From: an uncultured Campylobacterales bacterium
GTDB taxonomy: Bacteria > Campylobacterota > Campylobacteria > Campylobacterales > QNZT01
Assembly (NCBI GenBank): GCA_964622255.1
Contig: CAZUPK010000012.1
Span: forward strand, 279 to 64,278
DNA: 64,000 bases
Reading direction: 5' to 3'
Made by a program: the position numbers and the translations under genes. The notes beneath the pieces were generated by a model, which ran no database searches, was not told where the DNA came from, and saw nothing but the letters and a program-made list of their open reading frames with translations. How positions within the stretch are numbered: the first letter of the stretch is position 1; every line of letters begins with the position of its first letter. Below are positions 39,539 through 50,321 of the stretch, one piece after another.

Positions 39539-40494
39539 CTATTTTTAAAAAATGGATTTATTTTTAAAAGTATCAAATCTGCTATAATATTTCCAACTAA
39601 AGTCAAAAAGGCTGAGATTATTAAAATCCCCATAATAACTGGATAATCCCTACTCATAGCACTTTGAAAAAACAAAAGTCCCATACCGTTTATAGAAAAT
39701 ATACTTTCCAAAATAACACTTCCACCTATAAGTCCCGGAAGAGAGAGTCCCAACATCGTAATTATAGGAGGATAGAGGTTTGGCAAGATATATTTTTTAA
39801 GTATGATTTTTTCACTAAGTCCTCTTGCTTTTGCAAAAAAGATATAGTCACTCTTTAATATATCAACTGTCAAACTTCTTACATACATCATCAAACTTCC
39901 TATACCACCAAACACCATAACAAATATAGGTAAAACTAGATGCCAAGCTTCATCAATATAGTAGCTAATCCCTGTTTTTGCTTCTATAGAGTGAAGTCCT
40001 GATATGGGAAACCACTTTAATTTTACAGCAAATCCTATGACAAGTAAAAGTGCCAAATAAAAAGACGGCATAGCAAAAGAAAAAAGAGAAAACTGCTTTA
40101 ATCCTTTATCAAGCAAACTATCCTGCCTTAAAGCTGACTTTATACCAAAATATATAGAGATAATAAACACTAAAATCATAGAGATAACATTTATCAAAAG
40201 AGTTATAGGAAGTCGCGAAAGTATTTCATCTTTAACTGCTTTCCCACTTGCAAAAGATATGCCAAAATCAAGATGAGCCAAAGCCCATATCCAAGAAAAA
40301 AATTGCTCTGTCAAAGATTTATCAAGTCCATATACCCTTTTTAGATGCTCAAGATTTTCTTTTGTTATGTTTGGATTTAACTCTCCGGTTGCGAAAAAAG
40401 AGTTTGGAGCAGAGTGAATAGCCACAAAAGATATAACAGCTATGACAAAAAGCATCAAAAAGATATATGAGAGTTTTTTTATAAGTGTTTGCAT
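39535..40494 (-). CDS. ABC transporter permease (DppB/OppB-type), without adjacent partner genes
   Basis: N-terminal TM helix plus the periplasmic loop LGLDKSLTEQF. An EAA-like loop FAKARGLSEKIILKKYILPN. Six TM helices. Confidence 0.8.
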   Translation of the reverse strand: MQTLIKKLSYIFLMLFVIAVISFVAIHSAPNSFFATGELNPNITKENLEHLKRVYGLDKSLTEQFFSWIWALAHLDFGISFASGKAVKDEILSRLPITLLINVISMILVFIISIYFGIKSALRQDSLLDKGLKQFSLFSFAMPSFYLALLLVIGFAVKLKWFPISGLHSIEAKTGISYYIDEAWHLVLPIFVMVFGGIGSLMMYVRSLTVDILKSDYIFFAKARGLSEKIILKKYILPNLYPPIITMLGLSLPGLIGGSVILESIFSINGMGLLFFQSAMSRDYPVIMGILIISAFLTLVGNIIADLILLKINPFFKNS

Positions 40495-40637
40495 TTAATC
40501 ATAAATAATACTATATTTTCATTACCATATTTCTATATGAATACCAATCCATAAAACCACATAATACTATCATATCCATTGTGTAATAACCTATAAAAGT
40601 TTGGTTTATCATTTCATCCTCTTCAAAATTTATTTCA

Positions 40638-41786
40638 TCATCTTATAACTCTTGCAAAAATAACATCATCAAGACTTTCTATCCTCGATGCTAACTCATC
40701 ATCAACATTACCGTTTACATCGATAATATTGTAAGCTATGTCACCTCTACTTTTATTTAGCATATCTACTATATTTAAATTATTTTTTGCTAATTTTGAA
40801 GTGATATTTTCTATCATACTAGGAATATTTTTATTTGCTATCACTATCCTTGTAGTTTCTGGAGTTCTTGGAAGTGATGCATTTGGAAAGTTTACCGAAT
40901 TTATGATGTTTCCATTTTCAAGATACTCTTTTATCTCATCTACCGCCATAACCGCACAGTTTTCTTCACTCTCTGCAGTGCTTGCTCCAAGATGTGGGAT
41001 GGGGATAACTCCCTTTTTATTTAAAAGTTTATCTTCTGGAAAATCTGTTACATAAGTTGAAACTTTTTCTTCATCTATAGCTTTTAGCATATCATCACTA
41101 TTTACCAAACCACCTCTTGAAAAGTTTATAACTTTTACTCCATCTTTACATTTTGCAAGAGTCTTAGAGTTTATCATATCTTTTGTGCTATCAAGAAGAG
41201 GAACATGGATAGTTATATAGTCTGCTTGTTTGTAAAGCTCATCTAAGTTATTTACTTTTTTTACTTGATTTGAAAGCATCAAAGCTCCCTCAACAGATAG
41301 ATATGGATCAAACCCTACCACATCCATACCAAGTTCTATTGCACTATTTGCAACCATCGCTCCGATAGCTCCAAGTCCGATAACTCCCAGAGTTTTTCCC
41401 TTTATCTCACAACCTGCAAAAGTTGATTTTTTCTTCTCCACAAGTGAGCAGTTTTTTTCATTTTGCACCCACTCTATACCACCTATAATATCTCTTGATG
41501 CTAAAAAAAGTGATGCTATAACCAACTCTTTTACTGCATTTGCATTTGCTCCGGGAGTATTAAAGACTACAATACCCCTTTTATTACACTCCTCAAGCGG
41601 TATGTTATTTACTCCCGCACCAGCCCTTGCTATGGCTTTTAGCTTGTCGTTGAAGTTATAATTATGCATCTTAAAACTTCTTACAACTATGGCATCAGGA
41701 TTTTCCACATCCTCTGCAACACTATAGTTTTCACCAAATCTACTCAAACCTTTGTTTGAGATATTATTTAAAGTTTTTATATTCAT
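40638..41786 (-). CDS. serA: D-3-phosphoglycerate dehydrogenase (2-hydroxyacid dehydrogenase with C-terminal ACT domain)
   Basis: NAD-binding GVIGLGAIGAMVA, catalytic region ...HLGAST.E and a C-terminal ACT-like ~70 aa. Adjacent to serC. Confidence 0.8.
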   Translation of the reverse strand: MNIKTLNNISNKGLSRFGENYSVAEDVENPDAIVVRSFKMHNYNFNDKLKAIARAGAGVNNIPLEECNKRGIVVFNTPGANANAVKELVIASLFLASRDIIGGIEWVQNEKNCSLVEKKKSTFAGCEIKGKTLGVIGLGAIGAMVANSAIELGMDVVGFDPYLSVEGALMLSNQVKKVNNLDELYKQADYITIHVPLLDSTKDMINSKTLAKCKDGVKVINFSRGGLVNSDDMLKAIDEEKVSTYVTDFPEDKLLNKKGVIPIPHLGASTAESEENCAVMAVDEIKEYLENGNIINSVNFPNASLPRTPETTRIVIANKNIPSMIENITSKLAKNNLNIVDMLNKSRGDIAYNIIDVNGNVDDELASRIESLDDVIFARVIR

Positions 41787-41796
41787 CTTCCAATCC

Positions 41797-42879
41797 TTAA
41801 CTATTTTTGCTTTGGAACTCTTGCATAAGTTTTACAAGTGCTTCCACACCCTCTTTTGGCATAGCATTGTATATAGAAGCTCTAAGTCCACCAATGCTTC
41901 TATGCCCTTTAAGTCCTATCATACCTGCACTTTCACTCTCTTTTATAAGTTTTTCTTCAAGAAGTGTATCTTTATCTTTGATATTAAAAGTTACATTCAT
42001 CAAACTTCTACTTCCTTTTTTTGAATGAGCTACATAAAAACCATTTGAATTATCTATAGCATCATAAAGGATTTGTGCTTTTTCTTGATTTTTTTTGTCT
42101 ATCGCTTCTATACCACCTTGCTCGTCTATCCACTCTAAGATGAGTTTTAAAAGATATATACCAAATGTCGGAGGAGTATTATAAAGTGAGTTAGCACTAG
42201 CATAAGTAGCATATCTTAGCATCGTAGGAACAGTATCTTTAACTCTGTCAAGAAGATTTTTTCTTATAATGACTATAGTTACTCCCGAAAGTCCTGCATT
42301 TTTTTGAGCACCTGCAAACAAAAGATCCACATTTTCCCAATCAACTATGTATGAAAATATATCACTACTTGCATCAACAACCAACGGTGATTTTGTTTTT
42401 GGATAATTTTTGTAGTATTGAGTTCCATAGATAGTGTTGTTTGAAGTGATATAACAGTAGTCGCAGTCATCACTAAAATTTACTTTTGGGATATGATCAA
42501 AGTTACTATCCTCGCTTGAAGCTACTATATCAAAGTTTACTCCTTGTATTTTTGCCTCTTTTATAGCTTTTTTTGACCAGCTACCTGTGTTTGCATACTC
42601 TACTTTTCCACCTAGATAAAGATTTAACGGCACCATAGCAAACTGAGTTGATGCCCCACCCTGTAAAAATAAAACTTCAAAATCATCTGGAAGTTTATAA
42701 AGTTTTTTTACTAAATTTATAGCACTTTGATGAATATCATCATACATCTTTGATCTATGCGATGCTTCAATAACAGATATACCGCTACCTTGATAGTCAA
42801 GTAACTCTTTTTGTGCTATTTCTAACACTGAAGTTGGCAAAGTCGCAGGACCCGCACCAAAATTGTAAGCTCTATTCAT
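41797..42879 (-). CDS. serC: phosphoserine aminotransferase
   Basis: [12 protein letters not shown]-terminus, FAGAQKNAG (PLP lysine region) and [12 protein letters not shown]. Confidence 0.9.
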   Translation of the reverse strand: MNRAYNFGAGPATLPTSVLEIAQKELLDYQGSGISVIEASHRSKMYDDIHQSAINLVKKLYKLPDDFEVLFLQGGASTQFAMVPLNLYLGGKVEYANTGSWSKKAIKEAKIQGVNFDIVASSEDSNFDHIPKVNFSDDCDYCYITSNNTIYGTQYYKNYPKTKSPLVVDASSDIFSYIVDWENVDLLFAGAQKNAGLSGVTIVIIRKNLLDRVKDTVPTMLRYATYASANSLYNTPPTFGIYLLKLILEWIDEQGGIEAIDKKNQEKAQILYDAIDNSNGFYVAHSKKGSRSLMNVTFNIKDKDTLLEEKLIKESESAGMIGLKGHRSIGGLRASIYNAMPKEGVEALVKLMQEFQSKNS

Positions 42880-42981
42880 ATATTATTCTCCTAAAAATTT
42901 TTCACCATTATATAAAAATTTATATTAACTTTAAAAAATCCTGATAGAATACCGAAAAACATTTGATTAAAGGATACTTAT

Positions 42982-43404
42982 ATGAAATCAAAAAAAGGTT
43001 TTTCACTCATAGAGATTATGATAGTTATCATTATTTTAGGACTTTTAGCAGGACTTGTTTTACCAAAACTTTTAGGACAAGCTGATAAAGCAAAGAAAAA
43101 GATAGTTTGTATCCAGATGCACTCACTAAAAGATGCACTAAAAAACTTTAAACTTGACAATGGTGTTTACCCTACAACAGAAGAAGGACTAAATGCACTT
43201 TTACAAAACCCAGATCCCGAAAAATACAAAGGCTATAGCAAAGGTGGATATCTTGATGGAAAAACTCCGCTAGATCCTTGGAAAAATCCTTATATATATA
43301 TAAATGATGGAGAGATAGATTTTATTTCACTTGGAGCAGATGGACAAGAGGGTGGAGATGGTGAAAATGCCGATATTAGATTTAGTAAAGATTGTCAAAG
43401 ATAG
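42982..43404 (+). CDS. type II secretion / competence major pseudopilin (GspG-like)
   Basis: Prepilin leader and N-methylation site KKGFSLIEIMIVIIILGLLA. GspG signature DPWKNPYIY. GADGQEGG. Confidence 0.75.
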   Translation: MKSKKGFSLIEIMIVIIILGLLAGLVLPKLLGQADKAKKKIVCIQMHSLKDALKNFKLDNGVYPTTEEGLNALLQNPDPEKYKGYSKGGYLDGKTPLDPWKNPYIYINDGEIDFISLGADGQEGGDGENADIRFSKDCQR

Positions 43405-43524
43405 GTTATGAGTGAAGTTGCAAAAAACTCTCTATAAATTTTAAAAAAAGATTACAAAATTAGATATTTCTTGCGAGAAAAAACTTTTTTAGTTAAAATC
43501 ACAAGAAATTTTAAAGGAATAGCG

Positions 43525-44541
43525 ATGGACGAACAAAAGAAAAAGGCTATGGAATTAGCTATAAAACAGATAGATAAAGCTTTTGGGAAAGGGGCTTTAG
43601 TTAGACTTGGTGATAAAGAGGTAGAGCCTATAGACTCCATAAGCACAGGAAGTTTAGGACTTGATATAGCTTTGGGTATAGGAGGAGTTCCAAAAGGGAG
43701 AATCATAGAGATATATGGACCGGAGAGTTCGGGTAAAACAACTTTGGCTCTTCAGATAACTGCAGAAGCTCAAAAAGAGGGTGGAATATGTGCTTTTGTT
43801 GATGCAGAACATGCACTAGATGTAAAATATGCAAAAAATCTAGGAGTTGATGTTGATAATCTTTTTGTATCACAGCCTGATTATGGAGAACAAGCTCTTG
43901 ATATAGTTGAAAGTATAGCAAGAAGTGGTGCTGTTGATTTGATAGTGGTAGATTCTGTTGCTGCACTTACTCCAAAAAGTGAGATAGACGGAGATATGGG
44001 AGATCAACATGTAGGACTACAAGCTAGACTTATGAGTCAAGCACTAAGAAAGCTTACAAGTGTAGCTCATAAGATGGGAACTATTATTATATTTATCAAC
44101 CAAATCAGGATGAAAATAGGTGTGATGGGATATGGTTCTCCAGAAACTACAACAGGTGGAAATGCCTTAAAATTTTACAGTTCAGTTAGAATAGATGTTA
44201 GAAAGATAGCAACACTAAAACAAGCAGATGAAAATATAGGAAACAAAGTAAAAGCAAAGATAGTAAAAAACAAAGTTGCACCTCCATTTAAACAAGCAGA
44301 GTTTGATGTGATGTTTGGGGAGGGTATTTCAAAAGAGGGAGAGCTTGTTGATTATGGAGTTAAACTTGACATCATAGATAAAAGTGGTGCTTGGTTTAGT
44401 TATGGAGATAAAAAGTTAGGTCAGGGTAGAGAAAATGTAAAAGCTCTTTTAAAAGAGGATAAAGAGTTAGCAAAAGAGATAGAGAAGAAGATAAAAGAGG
44501 CTATGGGACTTGTAGAAGAAAAGGAAGAAAAAAGCAACTAA
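43525..44541 (+). CDS. recA: recombinase RecA
   Basis: Start set at [23 protein letters not shown] (ATG 43525, AAAGGA Shine-Dalgarno). Walker [10 protein letters not shown]. Full-length RecA similarity. Confidence 0.95.
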   Translation: MDEQKKKAMELAIKQIDKAFGKGALVRLGDKEVEPIDSISTGSLGLDIALGIGGVPKGRIIEIYGPESSGKTTLALQITAEAQKEGGICAFVDAEHALDVKYAKNLGVDVDNLFVSQPDYGEQALDIVESIARSGAVDLIVVDSVAALTPKSEIDGDMGDQHVGLQARLMSQALRKLTSVAHKMGTIIIFINQIRMKIGVMGYGSPETTTGGNALKFYSSVRIDVRKIATLKQADENIGNKVKAKIVKNKVAPPFKQAEFDVMFGEGISKEGELVDYGVKLDIIDKSGAWFSYGDKKLGQGRENVKALLKEDKELAKEIEKKIKEAMGLVEEKEEKSN

Positions 44542-44566
44542 AACAAGATAAAAGTAAGCTTGCTAT

Positions 44567-44610
44567 ATAATAAACCGAGTTCGATACACTGTCAAAGCTC
44601 AGGTTATTAT
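44567..44610 (+). other. long imperfect stem-loop between recA and eno
   Basis: ataataa-a-cc-gag / ctc-a-gg-ttattat gives about 12 bp with two single-nt bulges around an 18-nt loop. Confidence 0.35.
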
Positions 44611-44634
44611 CTAAAATTTAAATAGGGGATGCTA

Positions 44635-45900
44635 ATGGTATATATAGATGATGTTTATGCTAATGAAGTTCTTGATAGTAGGGGAAATCCAACTGTAAGA
44701 GCTACAGTAGTTTTAAGTGACGGAACAAAGGAAAGTGCTATCGTTCCAAGTGGAGCAAGCACTGGTAAAAGAGAGGCCATAGAGCTTAGAGATGGCGATG
44801 AAAGATATATGGGAAAAGGTGTCTTAAAAGCTGTTGAAAATGTAAACACTATCATAAGTGATGAACTTATAGGATTAAGCCCTTTCAATCAAGCTGAGAT
44901 TGATGCTATCATAAAAGATATAGATGGAACTGATAACTACTCAAAACTAGGAGCAAATGCTTCACTTGGAGTTTCTATGGCAGTTGCAAGAGTAGCATCA
45001 GCAAGTCTTGCTATACCACTTTATAGATACTTAGGTGGGGCAAATGCTATGACTCTTCCAACTCCTATGTTTAACATCATAAATGGTGGAAGTCACGCAA
45101 ACAACTCTGTTGATTTTCAAGAGTATATGATTATGCCAATAAATTTTGACGAACTTGGTGAAGCTTTAAGAGCATCAGCAGAGGTTTATCACAACTTGAA
45201 AAAAATCATTTCTGATATGGGTGAAAGCACAGCTTTAGGAGATGAGGGAGGTTTTGCACCAAATCTTAAAAACAACGAAGAGCCTATACAAGTAATCATA
45301 CAAGCTATACAAAGAGCTGGATATAAACCGGGAGATGATATAGCTATCGCACTTGATATTGCAAGTAGTGAACTAGTATGTAAGGGTGGATACAAACTTG
45401 ATAGTGAAGATAGAGTTTTAACAAGTGAAGAGTTGGTTGCATACTATGAAGAACTTTGTAGTAAATATCCTATCGTTTCTATCGAAGATGGTTTAAGTGA
45501 GGATGATTGGGATGGATGGAAAATACTTACAGAAAAACTTGGTAGAAAAGTTCAACTTGTAGGAGATGATCTTTTTGTTACAAATGAAAAAATCCTAAGA
45601 GAGGGTATAGAAAAAGGTATAGCAAACTCTATCCTTATAAAACCAAACCAAATAGGAACAGTAAGTGAAACTATGACAACAGTTAGACTTGCTCAAAGAA
45701 ATGGTTATACTTGTGTTATGAGTCACAGAAGTGGTGAAAGTGAAGATGCTTTTATAGCTGATTTTGCTGTGGCACTAAATACTGGACAGATAAAAACAGG
45801 TTCCACTGCAAGGGGTGAGAGAACTGCAAAATACAACAGACTTTTAGAGATAGAAAGAGAGTTAGGACTTGGTGAATACTTAGGAAAAAAGCTTTTTTAG
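44635..45900 (+). CDS. eno: enolase
   Basis: [31 protein letters not shown] prefer the second ATG (44635), 6 nt after the GGGG Shine-Dalgarno. The ORF track starts at 44629. Confidence 0.95.
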   Translation: MVYIDDVYANEVLDSRGNPTVRATVVLSDGTKESAIVPSGASTGKREAIELRDGDERYMGKGVLKAVENVNTIISDELIGLSPFNQAEIDAIIKDIDGTDNYSKLGANASLGVSMAVARVASASLAIPLYRYLGGANAMTLPTPMFNIINGGSHANNSVDFQEYMIMPINFDELGEALRASAEVYHNLKKIISDMGESTALGDEGGFAPNLKNNEEPIQVIIQAIQRAGYKPGDDIAIALDIASSELVCKGGYKLDSEDRVLTSEELVAYYEELCSKYPIVSIEDGLSEDDWDGWKILTEKLGRKVQLVGDDLFVTNEKILREGIEKGIANSILIKPNQIGTVSETMTTVRLAQRNGYTCVMSHRSGESEDAFIADFAVALNTGQIKTGSTARGERTAKYNRLLEIERELGLGEYLGKKLF

Positions 45901-45903
45901 ATT

Positions 45904-46167
45904 ATGAATGAAAAAGAAGAACTAATAGGAGAGGAAAAAAGTTTTATCTTCTCCTCTCTTTGCAAAATACTTCTAGTAACTTTAGTAATCGTTTTTGCCA
46001 TATTTTTAGGGAAGATACTTTTTGGAACAAGATCTTTAGAAGTTTTTTTCAAACTTAAAAAACAAGAAGAGTCCCTTAGAAAAAAGATAAAAAAACAAAA
46101 AGAGGAAAATGCAAGACTACAAAAGAAGCTTTTTGAGTATCAGCTATCAGTTCCCGATAGTGAGTGA
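45904..46167 (+). CDS. small bitopic coiled-coil protein, FtsB/DivIC-like
   Basis: 87 aa with one TM helix (LCKILLVTLVIVFAIFLGKILF) followed by a Lys/Glu coiled coil. Sits immediately after eno, a common position for ftsB-like genes. Confidence 0.45.
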   Translation: MNEKEELIGEEKSFIFSSLCKILLVTLVIVFAIFLGKILFGTRSLEVFFKLKKQEESLRKKIKKQKEENARLQKKLFEYQLSVPDSE

Positions 46168-47327
46168 ACCTTTTTAGCCAACAACATAATACTACCCATA
46201 CTAACGATAACCTCTATCAAACTAGCTAAAACTAAAGCATAGTAGTGAAACTCTATGATGGCTTTATACTGCAAAGCCAAAGTAGCAATAGCTATCAAAA
46301 GTGTTAAAGGCATAGAGTGAGACAAGGCAAAGAGTATTTGTTCCTTTATAGTTAGCATCTTATGCAAAACAAATGATGATAAAAATCTAACTATTATCAT
46401 ACTAACTGTTATTAGTATAGCCTCTAAAGCCAATTTTTTGCTCAGCAAATATCTAAGCTCAAACATACTTCCTATGTGTATAAAAAATATAGGTATCATA
46501 AAACCAAAACCAAAAGTAGCAAGTTTATGAGGAAGTTGCTCTTTGTGCTCAAAAAATGTTGCTATAAAAACACCTGCTATAAAAGCTCCAAAAGCTATCT
46601 CTAAGTGTAGGATAAACATCAAAGCAATCATAAGAAAAAAGATAGTCATAGAGGTTCTTATATCTTTTTCATCCTTATCTCCCTTTTTAGGAACTAAAAA
46701 GTTTTTCCACTCCGGATGCCACCAGAAAATAACTTTAAAGAGCCTAAATATTAAAAATATTACAACCATAAAAATAAAAAGAAGAATTATTGCTTTTATA
46801 AAATCTTTACCTATACCATTTTCAAGTGCTGATGCTACTATCGTAAGAAGTATGATGCTCAAAAGTTCTCCCAAAACTCCTATATTCATAGAGAGATTTA
46901 GCCACTTTCTATCTTTTCCAAACTCTTTAAACAAAGCCATAATAAGCCCTACGGATATGAGTGAAAACATAAAGGTAAATATAAAAGGAAAAGAAAATAT
47001 TTTTACAAATATCAACGATAAAAAATATAAGACAAAAAGATAGATACTACCATTTATAAAAACCCTTTTTTCAAGCTTTAAAAGAAGATTTAAGTTTACT
47101 TCTGTTCCGGCTAAAAACATAAGATAGAAAAATCCAACTTCCGCCATAAGGGTAAAAATCTCATTTTCAGGTTTTAAAAAGGAAAAATACCCTGCAATAG
47201 CACCCAACACTATCTCTATAGGAGCTGTTGGAAATTTTACAAAACTAGCTATATAAGGTGATGTAAAAAGTATAGTAGCTATGGTAAATATCATATAAAT
47301 GCTGTTGCTATCACTATGTCCCATCAC
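46140..47327 (-). CDS. cation:proton antiporter (Na+/H+ exchanger family)
   Basis: About 11-12 TM helices and no soluble domain. The pattern (EVGFFYLMFLAGTE...) is typical of CPA-type exchangers. Confidence 0.7.
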   Translation of the reverse strand: MMGHSDSNSIYMIFTIATILFTSPYIASFVKFPTAPIEIVLGAIAGYFSFLKPENEIFTLMAEVGFFYLMFLAGTEVNLNLLLKLEKRVFINGSIYLFVLYFLSLIFVKIFSFPFIFTFMFSLISVGLIMALFKEFGKDRKWLNLSMNIGVLGELLSIILLTIVASALENGIGKDFIKAIILLFIFMVVIFLIFRLFKVIFWWHPEWKNFLVPKKGDKDEKDIRTSMTIFFLMIALMFILHLEIAFGAFIAGVFIATFFEHKEQLPHKLATFGFGFMIPIFFIHIGSMFELRYLLSKKLALEAILITVSMIIVRFLSSFVLHKMLTIKEQILFALSHSMPLTLLIAIATLALQYKAIIEFHYYALVLASLIEVIVSMGSIMLLAKKVHSLSGTDS

Positions 47328-48192
47328 AACTCTTTGCTATCTTGTAACCAAGCTCATTTATAGCTTGTATATCCTTATCCTCTTTTTCACCCTTTGTAGT
47401 TAGATAATCACCTATAACGATAGAATTCACTCCCAACTCAAAAAGCTCTTTTAATGAGTCTTTAAAAAAATACTCTCTTCCACCGGCTACCATTACACGA
47501 GATTTTGGTAAATGCTTGACTACATTTTCTATAACTTTTCTAGCTTCATCTTTTGAAAGAGTATTTTTCTTTAGTGGAAGTGCAGGATTTGGGATATAAA
47601 AGTTTATAGCTACACTTTCAGGCTCAAGTGAGACTAAAGAGTTTATAAAGTCATCTCTATCTCTTTGACTCTCTCCCATACCAAAGATTCCACCACAACA
47701 AAGTTTAAGTTTGGCCTCTTTTACAGCAAGTGCGGTTTTATATCTATCTATCCAATTGTGAGTAGAGCATATATTTTTATAGTAGTTTTTTGAAGTTTCC
47801 AGGTTATGGTTATAGCTTTTTAGACCTGCATCTTTTAACTCTTTTAAATCCTCTAAAGTAGCCAGTCCATTGCAACCTATATAGTTTAAACCAAAATCCT
47901 CTTTTCTTAACTTCCTTAAAAGATCTAACATATACTCTTTCCGTTTTTTATCCAACCCTAAACCGCTTGTTACCAAACAAAAACCAACAGCCTTAGAGTT
48001 TTTAGCCCTTTTTGCTTCTTCTATGACATCTTTAAAAGGTTTAAAGCTATATCTTTGGATATTAGTTTTATATCGTGAACTTTGAGTGCAAAAGTGACAA
48101 TCCTCTTTGCAACTGCCACTTAAAACATTTGATATAGCACAAAGGTATATACTCTTATGCATCGATTCTTGTTTTACACTTGATACACTCAT
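47314..48192 (-). CDS. bioB: biotin synthase
   Basis: Radical-SAM cluster CKEDCHFC, YNHNLETS, and GGIFGMGES. The start may be the internal MHKSIY (48162). Confidence 0.9.
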   Translation of the reverse strand: MSVSSVKQESMHKSIYLCAISNVLSGSCKEDCHFCTQSSRYKTNIQRYSFKPFKDVIEEAKRAKNSKAVGFCLVTSGLGLDKKRKEYMLDLLRKLRKEDFGLNYIGCNGLATLEDLKELKDAGLKSYNHNLETSKNYYKNICSTHNWIDRYKTALAVKEAKLKLCCGGIFGMGESQRDRDDFINSLVSLEPESVAINFYIPNPALPLKKNTLSKDEARKVIENVVKHLPKSRVMVAGGREYFFKDSLKELFELGVNSIVIGDYLTTKGEKEDKDIQAINELGYKIAKSCDGT

Positions 48193-50233
48193 AAATATCT
48201 TTTTTTCTATAGGTTCTTTTAGCCATCATATAGTTACACTCCGGACACTTTGGAGTTTCAACCGGTTCATAAGTGGAGATAAATTTACACTTGGGATAGT
48301 TTGCACAACCAAAAAACTTTCCGCGACGAGACTTTCTCTCAACTATATCTCCCCCACATTCAGGACACTTAAGCTCAAGTTTTTTTGGAGCAGACTTTGC
48401 AGTTGTTTTTTTACCTTCCTCAACAGGTTTTGTGTATTTACACTTTGGAAAACCACTACAAGCTATAAACTCTCCAAATCTTCCCTTTCTTTTTACTAAC
48501 TCACTGCCACACTGAGGACAATTTTCTCCAATTGGTATAACAAGCTTTTGACTCTTTATATTTTTCTTTCCATCCTCTACCTTTTTTATAAAAGGCTTAT
48601 AAAAATTCCATAAAAGCTCTTGCCAATCTTTCATACCTTCTGCTATCTTATCAAGCTCCTCTTCAAGTTTTGCAGTAAAAGAGCTATCCACTATATTTTC
48701 GAAATGCTCTTCCAAAACCTTTATAACTTTAAAAGCTATCTCAGTAGGAATAAGTTGCCTCTTCTCAACCTCTATATAAGATCTTGCAGTTAAAAGTGAT
48801 ATAGTTGGAGCATAAGTTGATGGACGACCTATACCCAAAGCTTCCAACTTTTTGATAAGACTAGCTTCTGAGTATCTTGAAGGAGGTTCACTAAAGTGTT
48901 GATTTGTTTCTATCTTAGTAAGATTAACCTCCTCTCCCTCTATTAGTTCTGGTAAAAGTTTATCTTTGTCACTGTTACCCCAAGCTTTATAAAAACCATC
49001 AAATACTAACTTTCTACCGGTTGCTTTAAACTTCGAACTTCTGCTTTCAAAGATGATTGATTGAGATTCAAAGATAGCATCAGTCATTTGCGATGCTATA
49101 AATCTGTTATAAATGATAGTATATAGCTTCAACTCATCAGGATTTAAATAATCCTTTGCAACTGTAGGAGTAAAGTCTAAAAGAGTTGGTCTTATGGCTT
49201 CGTGAGCTTCTTGAGCTCCTTTTGATTTTGATTTATAATACTTTGGTTTTAATGGTAGATATTTTTCCCCATACTGAGTTTTTATGATACCTCTTATACC
49301 ATCTATAGCCTCTTTTGCTATATTTAAACTATCTGTTCTCATATATGTTATGATACCCATAGGTCCGTTTGGAGTTTTCACACCCTCATAGAGTATTTGA
49401 GCAATCATCATAGTCTTTCTGGGACTAAATCCAAGCATAGACGATGCACTCTGTTGCAAGGTTGAAGTCATAAATGGTGGTGGAGTTGAAGTTTTTCTCT
49501 GCTTTTTTTCCATCTTAGCAACTTTAAAAGACTCTTTTTCTACAACCTCTTTTATATAGTTTGCTCTATCACCATTTTTGATAGTCGTCTTCTCTTGTTT
49601 TTTACCCTCAAACTCTATCAAATTTGACTCAATAGTTTTTTCAAAAATTGCATCGAGACTCCAAAACTCTTCAGATTTAAAGGCATTTATCTCTCTTTCT
49701 CTATCAACAACTATTTTTAAAGCTGCACTTTGAACACGACCGGCACTAAGACCTTTTTGAATTTTCGAACTAATAAGTGGAGAGAGTTTATAACCAACTA
49801 TCCTATCAAGAAGACGACGAGCTTGTTGAGCATCAACACTATTCATATCTATAGTTCTTGGATTTTCCAAAGAGTGTTGTATTGCTTTTTTTGTTATCTC
49901 GTGAAAAACTATCCTAGGTATAGAGTTTGGATCTTGCCCTATAGCTTTTGCTATATGATAGCCTATAGCTTCTCCCTCACGATCCTCATCAGTTGCGATA
50001 TAGACTTTGTCAGCTTTTTTTGCCAATTCTTTTATCTCTTTAACAACTTTTGAGTGATCACGACTTACACGATACTCAGGTTTAAAACTTTTTTCTTCTA
50101 TCTTGATACCAAAACTACTTTTTGGAAGATCTCTAATATGCCCTTTACTAGCTATAACTTTATACTCTCTTCCTAAAAAATTTGTAATAGTTTTCGCTTT
50201 TGTTGGTGACTCTACTATTATTAACTTGTTCAT
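48155..50233 (-). CDS. topA: DNA topoisomerase I
   Basis: TOPRIM N-terminus LIIVESPTKAKTI...ATDEDREGE, active-site region ITYMRTDS and several C-terminal CxxC zinc ribbons. Confidence 0.95.
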   Translation of the reverse strand: MNKLIIVESPTKAKTITNFLGREYKVIASKGHIRDLPKSSFGIKIEEKSFKPEYRVSRDHSKVVKEIKELAKKADKVYIATDEDREGEAIGYHIAKAIGQDPNSIPRIVFHEITKKAIQHSLENPRTIDMNSVDAQQARRLLDRIVGYKLSPLISSKIQKGLSAGRVQSAALKIVVDREREINAFKSEEFWSLDAIFEKTIESNLIEFEGKKQEKTTIKNGDRANYIKEVVEKESFKVAKMEKKQRKTSTPPPFMTSTLQQSASSMLGFSPRKTMMIAQILYEGVKTPNGPMGIITYMRTDSLNIAKEAIDGIRGIIKTQYGEKYLPLKPKYYKSKSKGAQEAHEAIRPTLLDFTPTVAKDYLNPDELKLYTIIYNRFIASQMTDAIFESQSIIFESRSSKFKATGRKLVFDGFYKAWGNSDKDKLLPELIEGEEVNLTKIETNQHFSEPPSRYSEASLIKKLEALGIGRPSTYAPTISLLTARSYIEVEKRQLIPTEIAFKVIKVLEEHFENIVDSSFTAKLEEELDKIAEGMKDWQELLWNFYKPFIKKVEDGKKNIKSQKLVIPIGENCPQCGSELVKRKGRFGEFIACSGFPKCKYTKPVEEGKKTTAKSAPKKLELKCPECGGDIVERKSRRGKFFGCANYPKCKFISTYEPVETPKCPECNYMMAKRTYRKKDIYECIKCKTRIDA

Positions 50234-50275
50234 AATTTCCTTACATATACAATAATCTTTTCTTTAAAAGAAACT

Positions 50276-50321
50276 GGGTGCATCACCCTTTAAAAAACTA
50301 CTGAAATTTCAGCAGTTTTTT
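50276..50321 (-). terminator. two tandem hairpins with U-runs (terminator of the upstream PMM/PGM gene and/or topA 5' leader)
   Basis: On the minus strand, aaaaaactgctgaaa/tttcagtagtttttt (50292-50321) is followed by gggtg-atg-caccc (50276-50288) and then agtttctttt. Confidence 0.4.

Noticed and set aside
40511-40612. 33-codon minus-strand ORF (MINQTFIGYYTMDMIVLCGFMDWYSYRNMVMKI) with an AGAGGA Shine-Dalgarno, between serA and the ABC permease
   Set aside because: Too short to evaluate and no recognisable family. It could be a small membrane peptide, but the sequence alone gives no support.
43471-43524. 18-codon N-terminal extension of recA in the ORF track
   Set aside because: Conserved RecA sequence starts at [12 protein letters not shown] (43525) with its own Shine-Dalgarno. 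The extension is not RecA-like.
46543-47043. 166-aa plus-strand ORF antisense to the cation:proton antiporter gene
   Set aside because: Lys/Ile-rich low-complexity translation of the antisense strand of a membrane-protein gene. No independent support.
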